48,354 bases of DNA from a virus (Duplodnaviria > Caudoviricetes). Below, piece by piece: positions 1-9,036 of the stretch (positions are counted from its first letter, which is position 1; the number at the start of each line of letters is the position of its first letter). The position numbers were made by a program, and so were the translations under genes. The DNA lies in IMG/VR virus record IMGVR_UViG_3300046789_000072, positions 1-48,354 of that record. One strand, 5' to 3'. A model generated the notes under the pieces. It did not search any database. It saw only the letters and a program-made list of their open reading frames with translations, and was not told where the DNA came from.

Positions 1-127
1 GGCTAGCCTCAAGAAGTCGACGCGCGACCTGTACGCCGGCTACCTCGACAACGACATCCTGCCCACCATGGGCGACTACTTCGTGGACGCCATCGAGGGC
101 GATGACCTCGCGCGGTGGCGCGACGCG
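1..127. repeat. Terminal direct repeat, copy 1 (circular assembly overlap)
   Basis: Bases 1-127 are identical to 48228-48354. The repeat falls inside the integrase ORF, which reads in frame across the junction, so the genome is a 48,227-bp circle. Confidence 0.97.
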
Positions 128-1018
128 CAGGCCCTGCTGATGGTGCGGGCGAAGGGAGCCACGAAGCGGCCAATCGATCCCGTGACCGTCAACGGTCGGC
201 TGCGGTTCTTCAAGCGGCTGATGCGGGACGCGGTCGAGGACCTCAACCTGCCGCGCGACCCGACGCGCCGCGTGGAAGAGCTCCGCGAGTACACGCTGGA
301 CGAGGAGGAGGACGACGAGGAGGAAGGGGGCCGGAGCCTCACGGCGCCCGAGCTCGCCGAGCTGCTCGCCCACATTCGCGTCCACCACCGGCGCTGGTAC
401 CCGTTCTTCTTCGTGCTCGCCTTCACGGGCCTGCGCTTCGGAGAGCTCACCGCGCTCAAGTGCTCCGACGTCGACCACGAGGCGCGCTCCATCCGCGTGC
501 GCCGCGCGCAGTACAAGGGCGCGCTCGACACCACGAAGAGCGCCAGCAAGAAACGGAAGGGCGGGCGCAACGGCAAGCGCAGCCTGCCTCTGTTCCCCGA
601 GCTCGAGGCCGTCATCGAGAGCGAGCGGGTCATGCGCCGGGAGGAGCTGGTGGCGCGGATGAAGCGCCAGCGGGTCCCGAACTTCGAGGAGGCCGCAGCC
701 GGTGCCGAGGCCGACTGGATCTTCCCCGCCCACCGCCGAGCCGACAAGCTCATGCACAACACCGCGCCGGCCCGGCCGCTGCACAAGTCCCTGGCCAAGC
801 TCCCGCACCTGCCCCAGGACTTCACCGTCCACGGGCTCCGCCACACGTTCAACAACCTCGTCCGGCAGGCGGCCGAGAACCAGGGCCAGGAGGTCGCCGT
901 GCGAGCGCTGACCGGCCACGCCGACATCGAGATGACCGAGCACTACTCCCACGTCTCCATGGCCGAGAAGGCCACCGTGGTGGGCAAGGTCTTCTCGCTC
1001 GTGCGCGCGACGGGCTGA
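1..1018 (+). CDS. int: Tyrosine integrase, C-terminal part (full gene 47959..48227 + 1..1018, 428 aa)
   Basis: Catalytic set present: R (TGLRFGE), K (TTKS), HxxR (HGLRH), H (TGH), Y (EHYSH). In frame with the N-terminus at the window end. Confidence 0.95.
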   Translation, partial: ASLKKSTRDLYAGYLDNDILPTMGDYFVDAIEGDDLARWRDAQALLMVRAKGATKRPIDPVTVNGRLRFFKRLMRDAVEDLNLPRDPTRRVEELREYTLDEEEDDEEEGGRSLTAPELAELLAHIRVHHRRWYPFFFVLAFTGLRFGELTALKCSDVDHEARSIRVRRAQYKGALDTTKSASKKRKGGRNGKRSLPLFPELEAVIESERVMRREELVARMKRQRVPNFEEAAAGAEADWIFPAHRRADKLMHNTAPARPLHKSLAKLPHLPQDFTVHGLRHTFNNLVRQAAENQGQEVAVRALTGHADIEMTEHYSHVSMAEKATVVGKVFSLVRATG

Positions 1019-1025
1019 GCCCACG

Positions 1026-1271
1026 CTACTCCCCACTGTTCGTGTAGTGGGCGTCCAGCGTCGCCCGGCGGAACATGTGCTGCCTGCCGCGCCCGCGCTG
1101 GCCCCGGCTGTCGGGGACGAGGGTGCCGCGCCCGATGCGCTGGATCAGCGCCTTCGCTGTCGTGCGCAGGTAGACGGCCGCCTCCTCCGTGGTGAACCAC
1201 TCCTGGGGGGAGGGAGCGCTGGGCGTGCACGGCTTCCACACGACCTGGGGGCTGGGGGCTTTTGGTGGCAC
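1026..1271 (-). CDS. Excisionase-like HTH protein (Xis/HTH_17 type), paralogue 2
   Basis: WFTTEEAAVYLRTTAKAL...GTL...HMFRRATLD pattern; convergent with int; similar to the ORF at 47715. Confidence 0.75.
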   Translation of the reverse strand: MPPKAPSPQVVWKPCTPSAPSPQEWFTTEEAAVYLRTTAKALIQRIGRGTLVPDSRGQRGRGRQHMFRRATLDAHYTNSGE

Positions 1272-1272
1272 A

Positions 1273-1551
1273 TCACCCCCCGTGCTTCGCCCGGTGCCTG
1301 GCCATCACGCGGCGGACCTGCGCGATGTCCTCGGGCGTCGTGGGGCCCGACTTCGACAGGGCCTTCAGGCGGGCGTTCTCGGCAGCCGAGAGCTTGCGCT
1401 GCTCGACCTGCACGATGAGCTCGAGGGCGCGCACCAGACGCTCCTCGCGCTGGTCGCGCCGCTCCATCGCTTCGACCAGGCGGGCGAGCGCCGCGGCGAG
1501 GTCCTCGGGGAACTGGGAACTTCTCTGGGAACTGGGGGTTTCTGGGGTCAT
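1273..1551 (-). CDS. Hypothetical coiled-coil protein (92 aa) next to attP
   Basis: GC3-rich ORF with an AGGA RBS, abutting the Xis-like gene. Confidence 0.6.
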   Translation of the reverse strand: MTPETPSSQRSSQFPEDLAAALARLVEAMERRDQREERLVRALELIVQVEQRKLSAAENARLKALSKSGPTTPEDIAQVRRVMARHRAKHGG

Positions 1552-1781
1552 GGCCGTCGGTCCTAAGTGCTGGGAATCATTCGGTCGGGGTGGTCGGATT
1601 TGAACCGACGACTTCTAACTCCCAAACTCACCCTCAGGGCCTGTGAGCACAGCAGAAAAACGGCGTATCTTGCGGGAATCATGCGACAGCCGCGAGATAC
1701 GCCGTTAGCCCCGCGAGCCATGCTGAGCCCCCAAAAGGGCGCTCAATCTGGGAACCGTCTGGGAACTTTTCCGGGCTCAGC
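1513..1781. repeat. Putative integrase arm-type and accessory binding sites around attP
   Basis: CTGGGAAC at 1513, 1525, 1748 and 1759, and CTGGGAAT at 1570, paired on both sides of the core. Inverted repeat GCTGAGCCC (1722) / GGGCTCAGC (1773). Confidence 0.65.
1583..1626 (-). mobile_element. attP: attP core: 3' half of tRNA-Pro(TGG)
   Basis: Minus strand reads TTTGGGA (anticodon loop) GTTAG AAGTC GTCGG-TTCAAAT-CCGAC (T arm) CACCCCG A CC. The 5' half of the tRNA is absent. Lies about 570 bp from the int stop. Confidence 0.88.
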
Positions 1782-1795
1782 GGGGAGGGCTGAGA

Positions 1796-2203
1796 TCAGG
1801 ACTGCGGGGGGTAGCGCTCGAACCACCAGCGGGTGACCTCGGCGCAGACGAGGCCGCGCTCCTTCCCGCGGGCGAAGCAGTGCCAGGTCCCCTTGGAGTC
1901 CTGGACGGGGAAGGCGAGCAGGTGGTCGCCGCGCTGGCCGTGGTTGACCATGCGCTGGTTGCGGTCGTAGAAGCACTCCGGCCACTCGCCCTGGCGGACC
2001 TTCTCCCGGACCCAGGGGTAGTCGTGCTTCTTGGCCCACTCCCAGGCCTGGGTGTCGACGCCCTTCTGGTCGCCGACGACCACGAGCAGCGGGGGGCCGT
2101 GTCGGCGGACCCAGGCGTCGAGGGCGAGCGCGACGTCGTGCCGTCCGTGCCGGCTGCCGGTGATCACCAGCCGCAAGTGGTCGGGGGGGTCGACCGGGCT
2201 CAT
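1796..2203 (-). CDS. SLOG-superfamily protein (DUF2493/YspA-like)
   Basis: Motifs VITGSR, VVGDQKGVD, RNQRMV, LAFP and SKGT. Confidence 0.8.
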   Translation of the reverse strand: MSPVDPPDHLRLVITGSRHGRHDVALALDAWVRRHGPPLLVVVGDQKGVDTQAWEWAKKHDYPWVREKVRQGEWPECFYDRNQRMVNHGQRGDHLLAFPVQDSKGTWHCFARGKERGLVCAEVTRWWFERYPPQS

Positions 2204-2448
2204 GCGTCGGCCTTGTGTTCGTAGGTGCGGTCCGGGGCGGTGTCCCTGACCACCCTCGCGCCGTGCTCGAACATCACCCGGATCTCCTCTGGGTCGACGT
2301 TGCCGAACGCAGAGAAGCGCAGCCGGCCGTCGGCCGTCTCGTAGCTCAGCGCCACCGCGACGTTGATATCGTGGTCGGCGGCGAGCTGGCAGATCGTCTT
2401 GCTGAGCTGCTCGAGGACGGCGTTCATGTCCTTGGGATGCTTGGTCAT
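2200..2448 (-). CDS. Hypothetical protein
   Basis: Coupled to neighbours by overlapping start/stop; RBS present. Confidence 0.65.
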   Translation of the reverse strand: MTKHPKDMNAVLEQLSKTICQLAADHDINVAVALSYETADGRLRFSAFGNVDPEEIRVMFEHGARVVRDTAPDRTYEHKADA

Positions 2449-2449
2449 G

Positions 2450-2677
2450 TCAGTTCCCCTCCCCGTCGGGCTGGCGAAGGATCTCCTCGAGGTTCATCTC
2501 CATGCGGTGGATGTGCACCTCCTCGACCTGCGCCGAGCTCTCCTCGCACTCGACCTTCTCGGGGTGCTCGCCGCGCAGGTGCCGCTCGTGCGCACGCTCG
2601 AGGGCCTCCACGGGCGTGTTCGCCTGGACCAGCCACGAGACGGCGCACTTGTCGACGGTTACCAGCCAGTGTTTCAT
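2450..2677 (-). CDS. Hypothetical protein (MKHWLVT..., 75 aa)
   Basis: ATGA overlap with the upstream gene; GAGG RBS. Confidence 0.6.
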   Translation of the reverse strand: MKHWLVTVDKCAVSWLVQANTPVEALERAHERHLRGEHPEKVECEESSAQVEEVHIHRMEMNLEEILRQPDGEGN

Positions 2678-3033
2678 GGCGCCCTCACGACGCCCGCCCC
2701 GACGGCGAGCTGGATCAGCGGCGCGCGCAGCTCGTCCATGGGGAGGAGCAAGCAGGAGCCGGGCGCGCAGCCGTTGCCGCAGCAGCAGGGGCTGCCCGCC
2801 ACCACAGCGAGCAGGTCCACCACGCAGGTCTTCATCTCCTCCTCGCGCACGGCGCACTTCTTCGACATCAGCTCGGCGGCAAGGAAGCAGCGCTCCCCGT
2901 GGTGCGCGAGCTGGTCCACGATCGCCATCATGAAGCGATGGCGCGACTCGAGCTCGTCGATGGTCGCGCGCAGCTCCTCTTCGGTGTGGCGCAGCTCGGT
3001 CTCTACGCGAACCGTTTCGACGTTCATGGTCAT
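2674..3033 (-). CDS. Hypothetical Cys-rich protein
   Basis: Coupled to the XRE gene; contains CCCGNGC...C cluster. Confidence 0.6.
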   Translation of the reverse strand: MTMNVETVRVETELRHTEEELRATIDELESRHRFMMAIVDQLAHHGERCFLAAELMSKKCAVREEEMKTCVVDLLAVVAGSPCCCGNGCAPGSCLLLPMDELRAPLIQLAVGAGVVRAP

Positions 3034-3332
3034 CAGCCTTCCCCCAACAGCTCGGAGACTGACAGTCCGATCTTCCGCGCCACACGCTGGATGAGGGCCA
3101 GGCCCACGCCGTTGTGCGGGCCGTAGCTGCCCTTCTGCAACGCCACCAGAATTCGCGCGTCGATCCCTATCCTGCGTGCCGCGTATGCCTTCCAGCCGTA
3201 CTGGTGGTCGATCTCTCCGCCGATATCGTAGGCGAGCTCGAGGATCTTCTCCGCAGCGGTCTCAGCCAGGTCCCTCGTGCTCACGCGCACCCCGCGCAGC
3301 GCTCCGTAATTCTTCTTCGACCTTTTCCTCAT
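3033..3332 (-). CDS. XRE/Cro-CI family HTH regulator (repressor candidate)
   Basis: KAYAARRIGID...LIQRVARKIGLSVSELL helix pattern; first gene of a small operon. Confidence 0.65.
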   Translation of the reverse strand: MRKRSKKNYGALRGVRVSTRDLAETAAEKILELAYDIGGEIDHQYGWKAYAARRIGIDARILVALQKGSYGPHNGVGLALIQRVARKIGLSVSELLGEG

Positions 3333-3454
3333 GAGTCCCCCGTCTCTCTTCAGTTGGATGGATGCGCCCATCCGCATCACCGCGACATTCTGCACACCCG
3401 CTCCGCGAAGGTGACAAAAATCGCAGTGGTGGCCCCGTCAATTGTTGACAGGCG

Positions 3455-3634
3455 TCACTCGTTGGGAACGGGCGCCTTGCAGGTGCAGGCGAACATCATG
3501 GCGCGTCGCCCTGGGTAGAAGGCAGCCACGCCGAGGTCGCCGCATGCGACTGCGCACTCCCCGTACGTGACGGGTCCACGTCCGCCGAACACGCAGCTCG
3601 AGAGGAGCGCGCAGGCGGCGAGGAGGCGGGTCAC
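3455..3634 (-). CDS. Small lipoprotein (59 aa) with CxxxC...CxC motif, not in the ORF track
   Basis: MTRLLAACALLSS|CVFGGRGPVTYGECAVACGDLGVAAFYPGRRAMMFACTCKAPVPNE; lipobox LSSC; GTGA overlap with the upstream stop. Confidence 0.7.
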   Translation of the reverse strand: MTRLLAACALLSSCVFGGRGPVTYGECAVACGDLGVAAFYPGRRAMMFACTCKAPVPNE

Positions 3635-4326
3635 AGCCCGAGCGCCCCGACCACGTCGTCCAGGGTCTGGGTCACATCGAACGTGCGCCCGCCGGAGATG
3701 GCCACGCGGGCCCCGCCGTGCACGGACTCGGTGACCGACAGGACGTACCGCGGGTTGATGGCGACGAACCCCTCCTCGGCCGTGAGCTGGATGAGCCCGA
3801 TCTGGATCTCGGGTTGCAGCGCGTTCACCACGTCGGCGAACTGCTCGATCACCCGCAGGGGATCTTCGCCGCCGGGGAAGTAGATGAACGTGCCGCCCAT
3901 GACGGGGTCCTGGTGCACGATGGCAACGCGCACGGAGCGCACCCAGACGTCGTCGCCGTCGAACCCTTCGAAGTGATGCATGGGGCCTCCTCCTTGCGTT
4001 TGTACGTCGACCGCGGCCGACAAGTCGATTGTCACGAAGCGGCCGTCGGACAGCTCGGCCACCGTACCATCGGGGTGCTCGGCGTGGAGCTCGTCAGGCA
4101 CGCGGATCACCGCTTCGCCGGTCAGCTCGCCCGTCTCGGGGTCCTCGAGCTCCAGCAGGTCGAACGCGTGGCCCGTCCAGCCGATCGCGCCCTCGTGGTA
4201 CTCGTCAGGCACGTACGGCAGGAGCGCCTCGCCGATGTCGTCGGCGCGCGCCGGGAGGCCCTCGAGCACATCGAAGGCGTCGCGCTGGTCGGTGACCGCG
4301 GGCGTGAGTCCTACGAGTTGTTTCAT
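3631..4326 (-). CDS. Acidic N-domain plus two tandem FlbD-like domains; probable internal start at 3981
   Basis: C-terminal IQLTAEEGFVAINPRYVLSV...GGRTFDVTQTLDDVVGAL, with a similar copy before it. AGGAGGAGG SD precedes the internal ATG. Confidence 0.6.
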   Translation of the reverse strand: MKQLVGLTPAVTDQRDAFDVLEGLPARADDIGEALLPYVPDEYHEGAIGWTGHAFDLLELEDPETGELTGEAVIRVPDELHAEHPDGTVAELSDGRFVTIDLSAAVDVQTQGGGPMHHFEGFDGDDVWVRSVRVAIVHQDPVMGGTFIYFPGGEDPLRVIEQFADVVNALQPEIQIGLIQLTAEEGFVAINPRYVLSVTESVHGGARVAISGGRTFDVTQTLDDVVGALGL

Positions 4327-5174
4327 GCTGCCACTCCATAGATGGGCGCGAAGAATGCGCCGAGCGAAGCCATTTCGGGCGCGGTCAGCCCGCGCTTGTA
4401 GACGAGGATCTGCGGGATGTGGCCCTTGTATGACGTGACCGCGTTTGCAGACCTGCCCAGGCGTAGCGGGTACTCTGGATTGACAGCGCTCGGCGGCTGC
4501 CCGACGGTGTCCGGATTCGTCAGCAAGCTACCGCTCACTGCGCTGGTTCTCGTGCCCGTGACGTGTGCCTCTGCCCGCCAGCGAGATACGTCCCTGGCGT
4601 AGTGCGTGGGGGCGGCGACGGCCCAGTTGCTAACGAAGCCAGCGCCTGACGAGTTGCTGATCCTCAGCGTCATGTTCGCCGTGGCGAAGTTTTGGTAGAT
4701 GCCGCTGTTCAGGTTGTTGCCTGAGGTAGTACCCATCAAGGTCGAGTTGGAGTCGTCTGTCGAGTCGACCCTCTCGACAGTGACGACCGTGTGGCCGCTG
4801 CCGTCGTGAAGAAATGTCCAGTCAGCAGCTACGGCTGCTGACATGAAGTCATCCACGCCATCGAGCAACACGCTCTGCTGATTGTTCATCACGGCGGCGC
4901 CCAGCACACGCAACGGCTGGTTACTCGCAATCCCCTGCGTGAGCGGCACGGCCCCCATCGAGCCCGCGCGGCTCAGCCACGTCGTGATGTACTTCTCCGT
5001 GGGCGAGACCTCCCTGAGCGCGAAATAGTCGTTGGTGCGGCTGTCGTACCAGGCGCCCAGACCGGGGATGGTAAGGGGCACCTCGGGCGGTGGCACCACG
5101 GCACCGCCGCCGGCCAGGTCGATGCCCAGCTCGATGCCCAGGTGCCGCGCAAGGTCGATGCCGAGCACTGGCAC
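4323..5174 (-). CDS. LamG/concanavalin-A-like virion adhesin
   Basis: GLGAWYDS, TQG...NQP, DGVDDFM, LRLGR...YKGHI..ILVYKRGLT motifs. Confidence 0.75.
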   Translation of the reverse strand: MPVLGIDLARHLGIELGIDLAGGGAVVPPPEVPLTIPGLGAWYDSRTNDYFALREVSPTEKYITTWLSRAGSMGAVPLTQGIASNQPLRVLGAAVMNNQQSVLLDGVDDFMSAAVAADWTFLHDGSGHTVVTVERVDSTDDSNSTLMGTTSGNNLNSGIYQNFATANMTLRISNSSGAGFVSNWAVAAPTHYARDVSRWRAEAHVTGTRTSAVSGSLLTNPDTVGQPPSAVNPEYPLRLGRSANAVTSYKGHIPQILVYKRGLTAPEMASLGAFFAPIYGVAA

Positions 5175-5176
5175 GG

Positions 5177-5527
5177 TCAGCCCTCCTGCGAGTCCCCGAA
5201 GCCGATGTGCGCGGTCACCGTGCCGGCGCCAGCGCCTGCGTAGGTGATTCGGAACTCATCGCCCGGGACGTTCACCCAGTTCACGTAGATGGGGCTGGCC
5301 TGTGCAGCGCCACCAGGCTGCGTGGTCCAGGCCGCCGCCGCGCCAGGCACCACCGCCCACGGCCCGCCGGCGACGCGCGTCTCGAGCGCGAACGTGCCCG
5401 TCGGGGTGCCGGTCCACGTGAACGTGCCCCACAGGCGGCCGTTGTAGGGGCAGCGCAGGACTGGACCGTTGAGCGCAGCGCCCAGGGTGACGTTCTGCCA
5501 GTACTTGGCGCCTACTGGTTGACTCAT
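5177..5527 (-). CDS. Small beta-sandwich virion protein (116 aa)
   Basis: ATGA overlap; beta-rich WTGTPTGTF...FRITY sequence in the virion operon. Confidence 0.6.
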   Translation of the reverse strand: MSQPVGAKYWQNVTLGAALNGPVLRCPYNGRLWGTFTWTGTPTGTFALETRVAGGPWAVVPGAAAAWTTQPGGAAQASPIYVNWVNVPGDEFRITYAGAGAGTVTAHIGFGDSQEG

Positions 5528-8500
5528 GGCTTCTCCTCTGCGTCGATCAAGTCGACGGCGCGCATCAGTGCATTCATCGCCTTTACCACGGACAGCCGCG
5601 CGATCATGGGCTCCCGTGGCGCAGGGCCGGACATGAGATCTGACCCGTAGCCCAGGTCTCGGCCGCCGCTCTCCTGCGGCGTCTGCGTCCACTCGGACGT
5701 CATGGGCTCGTCCTCGCTGGTGTTCATGATCCCGAGCGCGTACGGCGTGGGCACGTCGAACGGGTTGAGCGCGTTCTGCTTGCTCGACTGATAATTCGTC
5801 ATCGAGTCGAGATGGTTCTGAAAGAAGTCAGACAGGAACGCGTGGAAGGGCCGCGAGGCCCCGCCCATCTCCTTCGACATGCCCTTGAAGTCGTTGCGCA
5901 GCCACTGAAACGCGCGCTCCTTGCTCATGCGCGTGAGGGCCTTTCTCACGTTCGGGGAGTCCTTGAAGATCTCCCGCACGGAGCGGTCGAAGTCGATGTT
6001 TTCCCCGTATTTCTCGAACTTCTCGAACACCTTGTGCAGGCCCTGGACCACCTCCTGCCGCTTGACCTTGTCGAAGCCGGGGAGCTTGTCGTCGGGGCCG
6101 AAGCCGAGCGTCCTGAACATCGTGTCCACGTCGCCCGCCGCCTGGCGCGCGGTGTCCATCAGCTTCCGCTGCTCGGGCGTGACCAGCTCCCTGAGCCGGT
6201 CGAACTTGGGGCCGCCCTCGAGCAGCACCTGGTTCATCGTGATCTGCATCTTCTTGCGCGTGTCCGCCGACATCGTCTCGAAGTTCTGTCCCATGCCCAG
6301 GACGTCGAAGATGTCGCGCCGGTGCTTCTGCTGGACGCGCATCTGCTCCACCTGCTGGCGCACGTTCTTGAAGCTCCCCACCACAGCTTCTGCGTCGCGG
6401 TCTCTGCCGGTGATCCCATCCTCGAGCGACTTGAACGCCTCCGACTGCGTGCGCGGGAGAGCGCCCACGGTGATGTCGAAGGAGGCCGCCCGCTCCGACT
6501 GCGTGGTCAGATCGCGCAGCACCATGTACTCGTTGAACAGGCCGTCGGGGTCCTGGTCGTAGAGCCAGCGCTCGAACTCCTGACGCGGAAGAGCGAGGCC
6601 GCCGGGCGTCTTGATGTGCTCGTCCTTGAGCATGCCCTTGATGTTGCTCAGCACGGTCGTAGCCTGGTCGACGTCGCCGGGGGTGACGTTGGCGACGTTC
6701 TTCTCGAGCCCGATGCTGCGAAGCATCGCCTCGTTGTCCAGGATCTCCAGGTGCTGCCGGCCCTTGAGGTCGGCCTCGAGCTTGAACGCCGACTCGCGCA
6801 GGTCGCGCGCCACGGCGCCGAGGCCCTTGTACCGCGCCGCGTTGGGGTCCGCGGTGTTGTCCGCGTACTTGCTCATCTCGTCGAAGGCCTGGATGATATC
6901 GCCGAGCTCGCGCGCGTGGACCTTGCGCGCGAACTTGACCCTCACCATGCCCTCCTTGGTCACCCTCATGTCCAGGGCGACGTTGTTGTAGAGGGAGGCC
7001 TCCTTCGCGTCGACGACCTTCTCCGTGAAGAGCGAGTCCACCGCCTCCTTGAACTTCTGATGCGTCGCACTCGGCATGTGCGCCCCGTCGTCGAAGGCCA
7101 GGCTTTGGGCGATCCGGAAGTGCTCGTCGATGATCGGCTGCGTGGAGACGGACGGGTAGTCGGTCGTGAGACCGTAGTCGCCCTGTGCCTTCGTTGCGCG
7201 CGCCGCGGCAATCTCCCCGATCATCATGTCCGGGCCCGGGATGGGCGGAGCCTCGGGCACGCCCAGCTGCTGACGAACCCCCCCGAGCTCGCTCGCATGA
7301 CGGTCCATGCGCTCGACCTTCTTGGCGTCCACGAAGTTCATCACCCGCTCCGTGAAGCGGCGGACGCCCTCCTCGGTCTTGAGCGCGGTCTTCGTCTGGT
7401 CGGGGACAAGGAAGTCAGCCGTCGCTTTGACGTCCCTGACCCAGTTGTCGTGCTGGTCGGCGAACGAGCTCGTGAGCTGATCTGACGTGTCGCCCGCAAC
7501 GTCCTGGGCGAGCTTCGTGGCCGGCATCAGGTCGTCGGCCGCAGCCTGCACCGCCTCGTGCTTCGCGCCCTGGTAGGACCCCTCCTCCGGGTATCTCTGC
7601 ACCAGCTCCTCGTGCCCCTCGGGGGCCCGAAGGCCCTTCCAGTTGGCGAACTGGGTGCTCGACTCGTCCGTCCCCTTCTCGAGCCGGTTGTGGTAGGCGC
7701 TCGTCGCGTCGTTGTCCTCGCGCAGGCCCCGCGCGATGCCCTTCGGGGCGCTCAGGACGGTGCCGAGCCCCGCCGACATGAGCCCCGCCTCCGCAGCGCC
7801 CTCGAGCTGGTAGGTGAGGGGGACCTCCTCGAGTCCCGCCTCCGCGCGCACGTCGTTGCGGAGCTCGGAGGTCGCCAGGTTCTCGGCAGCGCCCGTCACG
7901 CCAGCCTCGACGCCGCCGCGTGCCATGCCGCTGATCATGCCCCGACCAGGGGAGAGCCCTTTCATCCCCTTGCCCACAAGCTTGCCGACCATGTTGCCCG
8001 CGCCCTCGGGGACGAGCGACCCGGCCACGTTGCCCGCGAAGTTCCACCCGGGGTTCTCCGCCACCACGCGCTCGCCCTGGGTCATGTTGTGCCGGATGGC
8101 CGCCTGGTCCTCCTCGTCCGAGCCCAGGAAGGCCGGCGGCGGGATGCCCACCGTCTCGAGGGAGTGGCGATAGAAGGCCGGGATGCCCCGGGTGACCTTC
8201 TCTTCGTCGATGGCGTTGCCCACGGTGCCGAAGAGCGCGGCTTCATCGACCCCGCGAAGGAAGGACTCGGAGGAGCGGAGCGCGTCCGAGGTCCACTTCG
8301 CAGTCTGCATGAAGCCGGGCGAGTTCTCGTCGATGTCGCGGCCCCTGTAGATCGGATCGCCGCGCTTCTGCGCGTCGTCGTACGCCAGCGCATACTGCTT
8401 GTCCTTCCACGCCTGCAGGTAGGGGTAGCTGGTCTTCGGCCTCAGCCCCTGCGCCTCAGCTTCGGCGGTCACTCCGGCGATGGCCTCCTCGTCGCTCGGC

Positions 8501-9033
8501 TCGATGTACACAGGGCTCTGCGAGGGCATCACACCCGCGTTCAGGATCTGGTCGCGGAGCACCTGGGGGACGTTCCTCACCATGCTGTCCCACCACGAGC
8601 CGTCCTGCATGGGCCCCGCGGGGTGGCCAGGCACGTGGTTGCTCGGGCGCACGTACGGCTCGGGCGTCTTGTACTCCTTCATGAGCTCGCCGGCCGACTT
8701 CTCCACGGGCGCGGGCCGGGAAGTCACTGTGCTCGTGCCCGTGGCGTAGGCCTCTTCCTCCTTGGCCAGGCTGGACGCCGGGGGCGGCGGCCGGGTGCCA
8801 GGCGGAGGCGTCGGCGGACCCGCGGTGAGGACGGGCTCGTCGGACTCGACATCCGTGACCACGCCAGCATCGGGCGTGCCCGCGTCCACGTCCTGCTCCC
8901 AGGGCCGCTGCTTGAGCGCGGCGGCGCGGTCCTCGGGGCTGATCCCCTCGTCGCCGTTGGTCTCGTACCAGAGCTTGACCCAGGCATCGAGCTGCTTGAC
9001 CGGGTCGTCCGGCGCTTCTTTAGGGGCTCCCAT
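5524..9033 (-). CDS. Large internal virion / DNA ejection protein (1169 aa)
   Basis: Podovirus gene order, size, helical composition and a glycine-zipper segment. Confidence 0.65.
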   Translation of the reverse strand: MGAPKEAPDDPVKQLDAWVKLWYETNGDEGISPEDRAAALKQRPWEQDVDAGTPDAGVVTDVESDEPVLTAGPPTPPPGTRPPPPASSLAKEEEAYATGTSTVTSRPAPVEKSAGELMKEYKTPEPYVRPSNHVPGHPAGPMQDGSWWDSMVRNVPQVLRDQILNAGVMPSQSPVYIEPSDEEAIAGVTAEAEAQGLRPKTSYPYLQAWKDKQYALAYDDAQKRGDPIYRGRDIDENSPGFMQTAKWTSDALRSSESFLRGVDEAALFGTVGNAIDEEKVTRGIPAFYRHSLETVGIPPPAFLGSDEEDQAAIRHNMTQGERVVAENPGWNFAGNVAGSLVPEGAGNMVGKLVGKGMKGLSPGRGMISGMARGGVEAGVTGAAENLATSELRNDVRAEAGLEEVPLTYQLEGAAEAGLMSAGLGTVLSAPKGIARGLREDNDATSAYHNRLEKGTDESSTQFANWKGLRAPEGHEELVQRYPEEGSYQGAKHEAVQAAADDLMPATKLAQDVAGDTSDQLTSSFADQHDNWVRDVKATADFLVPDQTKTALKTEEGVRRFTERVMNFVDAKKVERMDRHASELGGVRQQLGVPEAPPIPGPDMMIGEIAAARATKAQGDYGLTTDYPSVSTQPIIDEHFRIAQSLAFDDGAHMPSATHQKFKEAVDSLFTEKVVDAKEASLYNNVALDMRVTKEGMVRVKFARKVHARELGDIIQAFDEMSKYADNTADPNAARYKGLGAVARDLRESAFKLEADLKGRQHLEILDNEAMLRSIGLEKNVANVTPGDVDQATTVLSNIKGMLKDEHIKTPGGLALPRQEFERWLYDQDPDGLFNEYMVLRDLTTQSERAASFDITVGALPRTQSEAFKSLEDGITGRDRDAEAVVGSFKNVRQQVEQMRVQQKHRRDIFDVLGMGQNFETMSADTRKKMQITMNQVLLEGGPKFDRLRELVTPEQRKLMDTARQAAGDVDTMFRTLGFGPDDKLPGFDKVKRQEVVQGLHKVFEKFEKYGENIDFDRSVREIFKDSPNVRKALTRMSKERAFQWLRNDFKGMSKEMGGASRPFHAFLSDFFQNHLDSMTNYQSSKQNALNPFDVPTPYALGIMNTSEDEPMTSEWTQTPQESGGRDLGYGSDLMSGPAPREPMIARLSVVKAMNALMRAVDLIDAEEKP

Positions 9034-9036
9034 GGA

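Noticed and set aside
1583-1660. Complete tRNA-Pro gene
   Set aside because: No D arm, 5' acceptor strand or 5' anticodon-stem strand; only the 3' half is present.
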